The translations under genes and the position numbers were made by a program. The notes below the pieces were generated by a model, which worked only from the letters and a program-made list of their open reading frames with translations, was not told the origin of the DNA and ran no database searches. A stretch of 4,243 nt of DNA from Qubevirus faecium. The stretch lies in the sequence record FJ539133.1, one strand, 5' to 3'. Shown piece by piece: positions 1 to 4,243 of this stretch. Position 1 is the first letter of the stretch; the number at the start of each line of letters is the position of its first letter.

Positions 1-5
1 GGGGT

Positions 6-24
6 AGGCCCCATAAAGGGGCCT
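6..24 (+). promoter_or_regulatory. 5'-terminal stem-loop following the GGGG start (replication cis-element of the RNA genome)
   Basis: AGGCCCC (6-12) is exactly complementary to GGGGCCT (18-24), giving a 7-bp stem with a 5-nt loop ATAAA. The window starts with GGGG, as levivirus genomes do. Qbeta has an analogous G/C-rich 5' hairpin. Confidence 0.6.
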
Positions 25-41
25 GCCTTCAACGCACTACA

Positions 42-47
42 GAGGAG
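42..47 (+). promoter_or_regulatory. Shine-Dalgarno sequence of the maturation gene
   Basis: GAGGAG lies 5 nt upstream of ATG 53. An in-frame TAA at 14-16 rules out an upstream extension. Confidence 0.6.
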
Positions 48-52
48 AATCT

Positions 53-1378
53 ATGCCAACCCTTCCGAGAGGTCTTCGCTTCGGATCGAACGGCGAGGTC
101 GTTAACGACTTCAACGCGCTCTGGTTTCCAGAGCGCGAAACCTTCGACTCCGGGCTTGGATCCTACGAACTCACTGGTTACGTAAGTAATCAGCCGGGAT
201 ACGAGACACGCATGCGTAATCCTAGCATGCATTGTATTCGTACACCGCACAGAAGTACGGTGCCAGTTAACCATCTTGGTTACAGGCCTGTTACGACTGT
301 TGAGTACACTCCTAATGGGACTTTCATCCGCCTTGACGGGGATGTGAAGTTTTCCGGTGGAGCGGTCAGTGGGTCGCTCAAACTTAGCAACTATGTTGTT
401 AACTTGGCGGCCCAGGGTGGCTTCGATTACCAGTCGGTAATCGGTCCAAGGTTCTCTGCGCAATTCGCTGCGTTCAGTACCAAGTATGGTACGTTACTAG
501 GCGAAGGGAGAGAAACACTTAGTTATCTTCTCCTGCTGTTTCGCAGGGTGCGTGAAGGGATCCGCGCTGTAAAGCACGGTGATCTCAAGCGCCTCAGGAA
601 TCTGATACGTACGTTCGAGCCGCGCTCCGTTCCCGGAAAGCGGCAAAGAGCATCGTTCTCAGAAGCCTATCGCGACAGAACTGCCAATGGCAGTTGGAAA
701 GACAGTAGTGCGAGTGACCTGTGGTTAGAATTCCGTTACGGGTTGATGCCGTTATTTTACGACATCCAGTCCGTAATGGAAGACTTCATGCGTGTCCATA
801 AGAAGATCGCGAAACTTCAGCGATTCTCTGCAGGACACGGCAAGCTAGTTGAGGTAAAGGGTAAGTTCTTCCCTGATCCTCACTTCGCTCTTGAGGTCAC
901 CGCAGTGTTGCAGCGGCGTCATCGTTGGGGGGTGATATACCAGGATACTGGTTCGTTCGCCACCTTCAATAATGGTCGGCTAATCCCGGTGAGGGATTGG
1001 CAGACAGCGGCTTTAGCACTCCTTAATCCCGCCGAGACTGCTTGGGAGTTAACTCCTTACAGTTTCGTCGCGGATTGGTTTGTTAATGTAGGTGATATGC
1101 TCGAGCAGATCGGCCAGCTCTATCGCCATGTCGACGTTGTCGACGGGTTTGATAGAAAGGACGTGAAGCTCAAGAGCGTGTCGGTACGTGTCATAAGAGA
1201 CGACGCGACGCACACGTCTTTCAGCTTAGCTGGAGCGGTGTTGTTGCATAGTTTCTATTCGCGCGTGCATACCGTTGCGTTTCCGCAAATCTCACCACAA
1301 CTCGATACTGAGATACGTAGTGTTAAACACGTAATCGACAGTATTGCCCTTTTAACTCAGCGTTTTAAAAGACGCTAA
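53..1378 (+). CDS. A2: Maturation (A2) protein; in Qbeta-like phages also the lysis effector
   Basis: 441-aa ORF, ATG start, TAA stop, first gene after the 5' UTR. The translation (MPTLPRGLRFG..., LWLEFRYGLMPLFYDI, AWELTPYSFVADWFVNVGDMLEQIGQLY, VVDGFDRKDVKLKS, LLTQRFKRR) closely matches the Qbeta A2 protein as I recall it. Confidence 0.93.
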   Translation: MPTLPRGLRFGSNGEVVNDFNALWFPERETFDSGLGSYELTGYVSNQPGYETRMRNPSMHCIRTPHRSTVPVNHLGYRPVTTVEYTPNGTFIRLDGDVKFSGGAVSGSLKLSNYVVNLAAQGGFDYQSVIGPRFSAQFAAFSTKYGTLLGEGRETLSYLLLLFRRVREGIRAVKHGDLKRLRNLIRTFEPRSVPGKRQRASFSEAYRDRTANGSWKDSSASDLWLEFRYGLMPLFYDIQSVMEDFMRVHKKIAKLQRFSAGHGKLVEVKGKFFPDPHFALEVTAVLQRRHRWGVIYQDTGSFATFNNGRLIPVRDWQTAALALLNPAETAWELTPYSFVADWFVNVGDMLEQIGQLYRHVDVVDGFDRKDVKLKSVSVRVIRDDATHTSFSLAGAVLLHSFYSRVHTVAFPQISPQLDTEIRSVKHVIDSIALLTQRFKRR

Positions 1379-1396
1379 TTTTGGGTCAATTCGATC

Positions 1397-1795
1397 ATGG
1401 CAAAATTGAATAAGGTTACGCTTACCGGTATTGGTAAGGCTGGAGATCAGACTTTAACTCTTACACCGCGTGGGGTAAATCCCACTAACGGCGTGGCGTC
1501 GCTATCTGAAGCTGGAGCTGTTCCGGCGTTGGAGAAGCGAGTAACTGTGTCAGTTGCTCAGCCATCTCGTAACCGTAAGAACTATAAGATCCAGATTAAA
1601 CTCCAGAACCCGACTGCATGCACGAAGGACGCATGCGACCCTTCTGTGACGCGTTCCGCGTTCGCGGACCTAACGCTGTCGTTCACGTCGTATTCTACTG
1701 ACGTTGAACGTGCGCTAGTTCGCACTGAACTGGCAGCTCTGTTGAAGGATGATTTGATTGTCGATGCTATTGACAATCTTAATCCTGCATACTGA
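1397..1795 (+). CDS. cp: Major coat protein
   Basis: 132-aa ORF separated from A2 by an 18-nt intergenic region (TTTTGGGTCAATTCGATC) that resembles the Qbeta coat initiation region. The translation (AKLNKVTLTGIGKAGDQTLTLTPRGVNPTNGVASLSEAGAVPALEKRVTVSV...NPTACTKDACDPSVTR...LNPAY) is Qbeta/SP-like, including the two Cys of the disulfide-forming loop. It ends at TGA 1793-1795. Confidence 0.95.
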   Translation: MAKLNKVTLTGIGKAGDQTLTLTPRGVNPTNGVASLSEAGAVPALEKRVTVSVAQPSRNRKNYKIQIKLQNPTACTKDACDPSVTRSAFADLTLSFTSYSTDVERALVRTELAALLKDDLIVDAIDNLNPAY

Positions 1796-2389
1796 GCAGC
1801 GTTACTGGCAGCCTCGCCGGGTGGCGGGAATAATCCCAACCCTGGCGTCCCGGATAGTCCGAACGTCAAGCCGCCTGGCGGTACAGGCACCTATCGGTGC
1901 CCGTTCGCCTGCTACCGCCGTGGTGAACTCATCACGGAGGCTAAGGACGGAGCTTGTGCGCTTTATGCGCTTGGCAGTGAGGCCATAGTTGAGTTCGATT
2001 ACGCTCTTGAGGATTTCCTCGGGAACGTGTTCTGGCGCAACTGGGACGGTCGCTTATCGACATACGATATCGACACTCACCGTCGTTGTCGCGGTAACGG
2101 GTACGTTGACCTAGACGCAACCATGATGCAGTCAGACGCTTATGTATTGTCTGGCGCTTATGATGTTGTCAAGATGCAACCACCCAGTATCTTCGACTCC
2201 CCTAGGTACTACCTCCATCTAATGGATGGTATCTATGTGGACTTAGCCGAGGTAACGGCATACCATTCTTACGGAATGGTCATTGGCTTCTGGACAGACT
2301 CTAAGAGCCCGCAGCTGCCAACCGACTTTACGCGTTTTAACGGGCGTAACTGCCCCGTACAGACCGTAATCGTCATACCCTCACTTTAA
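1397..2389 (+). CDS. A1: Minor capsid protein A1 (coat read-through protein, about 330 aa)
   Basis: Same frame as coat. No stop between 1796 and 2386, and no ATG/GTG/TTG in the first 77 codons of the extension, so independent initiation is unlikely. The extension begins with a Gly/Pro/Asn-rich linker (SPGGGNNPNPGVPDSPNVKPPGGTG) followed by GTYRCPF...CRGNGYVDLDAT...AYHSYGMVIGFW...CPVQTVIVIP, which parallels the Qbeta A1 extension (PGTGKYTCPF...CRGNGYIDLDAT...AYHADGVIVGFW...CPIQAVIVVP). The total of about 330 aa compares with 329 aa for Qbeta A1. Confidence 0.85.
1793..1795 (+). promoter_or_regulatory. Leaky UGA stop codon of the coat gene (translational read-through site)
   Basis: The coat frame stays open for 197 further codons after TGA, to TAA 2387-2389. 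The local context is TAC TGA GCA. In Qbeta the coat UGA is occasionally read as Trp to make A1. Confidence 0.8.
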
Positions 2390-2397
2390 GCAACTTA

Positions 2398-2403
2398 AAG
2401 GAG
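2398..2403 (+). promoter_or_regulatory. Shine-Dalgarno sequence of the replicase gene
   Basis: AAGGAG lies 5 nt upstream of ATG 2409. Confidence 0.65.
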
Positions 2404-2404
2404 A

Positions 2405-2424
2405 TAGCATGTCTAAGACAGCTA
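2405..2424 (+). promoter_or_regulatory. Replicase translational operator hairpin (coat-protein binding site spanning the replicase start codon)
   Basis: TAGCATGTCTAAGACAGCTA folds as an 8-bp stem (2405-2408 and 2410-2413 paired with 2417-2424), with a bulged A at 2409 (the A of the AUG) and a 3-nt loop UAA (2414-2416). The geometry and sequence match the Qbeta operator AUGCAUGUCUAAGACAGCAU. Confidence 0.7.
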
Positions 2425-4139
2425 GTCACAAGAAGAAAATTACTCAAGCATTGAGTAAGGTCGACATCAACTTTGAAGACGACATCCATATGTCTATTGC
2501 CAATGACCTCTTTGAGGCCTACGGCATTGCACCTCTTGCGTCGGCGGAGCAGTGTATCAGCACTCCGTTCCCTGACACTTCAATGGACGCTGATGCATTT
2601 CGCATCCATTACCTGCGTTCAGAGATCCTTAGCAAGTTCAGTGCGCACCCTCTCGGTATTGATACCGAAGCGGCCGCCTGGGAAAAGTTCCTGGCTGCCG
2701 AGGAGGGTTGTAGACAAACCAACGAACGTCTCACTAAGGTTAAGTACCATGATAATTCCATTTTGTCATGGGGCGAGCGTGTTATTCACACTGCTCGTCG
2801 AAAAATACTTAAACTGATCGGTGAGACTGTCCCGCTGGGGGATGTGGCGTTGCGCGCCCGATTTTCGGGAGGCGCTACGACCTCGGTTAACCGTTTACAC
2901 GGTCACCCGTCGTGGAAGCATGCCTGTCCGCAGGATGTAACCAAACGTGCACTGAAATACCTAATGGCCTATAAAAAGGCCTGTGGTGACGTCGTTGATT
3001 TACGCGTCAATGAGGTGCGCACTTCAAATAAAGCAGTCACTGTTCCAAAGAACAGCAAAACTGATCGTTGCATTGCCATCGAGCCCGGCTGGAATATGTT
3101 TTTCCAGTTAGGCGTAGGTGCTGTGCTCCGCGATAGGTTGCGCCTTTGGCAGATTGATCTTAATGACCAATCTGTTAATCAGCGCCTCGCACGCGATGCG
3201 TCGCAGTTGGACCATTTGGCCACTGTCGACTTATCAGCAGCAAGTGATTCGATAAGCTTACGGCTTGTTGAATTGCTAATGCCGCCTGCTTGGTTTGATC
3301 TCCTGACCGATCTCCGATCGGACCAGGGTGTCCTGCCAGATGGGCGTGTCGTTACTTACGAGAAAATATCCTCCATGGGTAATGGCTACACTTTCGAGCT
3401 GGAGTCGCTAATCTTTGCGGCCCTAGCCAGGAGTGTGTGCGAGTTGTTGGACCTTGACCAGTCAACCGTCAGCGTGTACGGTGATGATATAATCATCGAC
3501 TCACGTGCCGCTGATGTCCTGATGGCGGTTTTTGAGTATGTTGGGTTCACGCCTAACAGAAAGAAGACTTTCATTAAGGGCCCCTTTAGAGAGTCGTGCG
3601 GTAAGCACTGGCACTCCGGGGTTGACGTAACGCCCTTTTACATACGCCGCCCAATCCGTTGCCTAGCCGACATGATACTTGTTTTAAACAGTATATATCG
3701 GTGGGGCACGATTGACGGGGTGTGGGATCCTAGAGTACTGCCTGTGTACCAGAAGTACGTGAAGCTGCTACCAAGAGATTGGCGGCGCAACACTATACCT
3801 GATGGTTACGGTGACGGTGCTCTCGTCGGATTGGCCACGACTAACCCATTCGTTATCGTCCGGAATTATTCCAGATGGTATCCTGTGTTGGTTGAGGTCC
3901 AGAGGGATGCTAAGCGTCACGAGTTTGGCAGTTACTTATATGCCTTGCTGCGTGACCGCGAAGCACGTTACAATCCCTTCCTGCGTACTGCAGATGGGAG
4001 TGGGTTTGATGAAACACCGCTAGCTACTAGCCTTCGTCGCAAGACAGGTCGGTACAAAGTGGCGTGGATTCAGGACAGTGCCTTCATCCGGCCCCCTTAT
4101 TTTATTAAGGGAATTCCCGAGGTGAAGCTTGCGAGCTAG
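2409..4139 (+). CDS. rep: RNA-dependent RNA polymerase (replicase beta subunit)
   Basis: 576-aa ORF, ATG start, TAG stop. Contains the D-x4-D motif A (DLSAASD, 3228..3248) and the catalytic YGDD (3477..3488). The N-terminus MSKTASHKKKITQALSKVDINFEDD and much of the sequence are Qbeta/SP replicase-like; the length equals what I recall for the SP-group replicase. Confidence 0.95.
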   Translation: MSKTASHKKKITQALSKVDINFEDDIHMSIANDLFEAYGIAPLASAEQCISTPFPDTSMDADAFRIHYLRSEILSKFSAHPLGIDTEAAAWEKFLAAEEGCRQTNERLTKVKYHDNSILSWGERVIHTARRKILKLIGETVPLGDVALRARFSGGATTSVNRLHGHPSWKHACPQDVTKRALKYLMAYKKACGDVVDLRVNEVRTSNKAVTVPKNSKTDRCIAIEPGWNMFFQLGVGAVLRDRLRLWQIDLNDQSVNQRLARDASQLDHLATVDLSAASDSISLRLVELLMPPAWFDLLTDLRSDQGVLPDGRVVTYEKISSMGNGYTFELESLIFAALARSVCELLDLDQSTVSVYGDDIIIDSRAADVLMAVFEYVGFTPNRKKTFIKGPFRESCGKHWHSGVDVTPFYIRRPIRCLADMILVLNSIYRWGTIDGVWDPRVLPVYQKYVKLLPRDWRRNTIPDGYGDGALVGLATTNPFVIVRNYSRWYPVLVEVQRDAKRHEFGSYLYALLRDREARYNPFLRTADGSGFDETPLATSLRRKTGRYKVAWIQDSAFIRPPYFIKGIPEVKLAS

Positions 4140-4178
4140 ACACTAGCTCGTAATGGGAAGGGGCCTCTTTGAGGTCCC

Positions 4179-4198
4179 GGAAGGAGAAAGAAAGAAAA
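4179..4198 (+). other. 20-nt all-purine A-rich tract in the 3' UTR (candidate Hfq/host-factor binding site)
   Basis: GGAAGGAGAAAGAAAGAAAA contains no pyrimidine across 20 nt. Hfq, the host factor of Qbeta replicase, binds A-rich/ARN-type tracts near the 3' end of Qbeta RNA. Confidence 0.4.
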
Positions 4199-4213
4199 CT
4201 CCCTCCTGCGAGG

Positions 4214-4243
4214 GTGGGCTCTGCTTTGCCCACTCTCCTCCCA
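4214..4243 (+). promoter_or_regulatory. 3'-terminal hairpin plus single-stranded CUCUCCUCCCA tail (replicase initiation site)
   Basis: GTGGGC (4214-4219) is complementary to GCCCAC (4228-4233), with an 8-nt loop TCTGCTTT. The genome ends in ...CTCCTCCCA, the canonical levivirus 3' end; the final A is non-templated in Qbeta. Confidence 0.65.

Noticed and set aside
29-463. Minus-strand ORF, 144 aa
   Set aside because: It is antisense to the A2 gene. In an ssRNA phage the minus strand is only a replication template and is not translated; the ORF is an artefact of a GC-rich coding region.
1582-1890. Minus-strand ORF, 102 aa
   Set aside because: Antisense to the coat/A1 coding sequence, for the same reason as above.
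2027-2389. ORF of 120 aa listed as a separate gene
   Set aside because: It is in the same frame as the coat gene with no intervening stop after the leaky TGA, starts at a GTG with no Shine-Dalgarno sequence, and is the C-terminal part of the A1 read-through protein.
2473-2817. +1-frame ORF of 114 codons (TTG start) embedded in the replicase gene
   Set aside because: Non-ATG start with only a weak, poorly spaced Shine-Dalgarno-like sequence, and a Leu/Arg/Ser-rich composition typical of off-frame translation. Single-gene lysis ORFs embedded in other genes are known in other levivirus lineages, but nothing here supports one and A2 accounts for lysis; conservation analysis would be needed to revive it.
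3386-3574. Minus-strand ORF, 62 aa
   Set aside because: Antisense to the replicase gene; short and with no support.
3802-4023. ORF of 73 aa inside the replicase gene in an alternate frame
   Set aside because: Fully embedded, with no ribosome-binding site and no recognisable features.
1-4243. Search for CRISPR repeats, tRNA/rRNA genes, insertion-sequence ends, promoters and terminators
   Set aside because: No direct-repeat arrays, inverted terminal repeats or RNA-gene-like structures were seen. The window is an RNA phage genome, so DNA-level promoters and terminators do not apply.

Overview
The window reads as a complete, end-to-end genome of a Qbeta-like single-stranded RNA coliphage (Fiersviridae, Qubevirus/allolevivirus type) given as cDNA, not a cellular DNA locus, and I see no evidence of a previously undescribed system. 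It starts with 5' GGGG and ends with 3' CCCA, and carries the canonical gene order on the + strand: maturation/lysis protein A2 (53..1378), coat protein (1397..1795), the A1 minor capsid protein made by read-through of the coat UGA stop (1397..2389), and the replicase beta subunit (2409..4139, YGDD at 3477..3488). Protein lengths (441, 132, about 330 and 576 aa) and the coat sequence most resemble group IV Qbeta-like phages (SP/FI/NL95) as I recall them; this cannot be confirmed without an alignment. There is no MS2-type dedicated lysis gene, consistent with A2-mediated lysis in this group. Identification is by recalled similarity to Qbeta/SP protein sequences, not by any search. The observations worth a second look are RNA-level elements: the leaky UGA, a replicase translational operator hairpin, terminal hairpins, a candidate long-range pseudoknot between the 3'-terminal hairpin loop and a replicase-internal site, and a purine-rich 3' tract. 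Minus-strand and embedded out-of-frame ORFs in the six-frame track are judged spurious.
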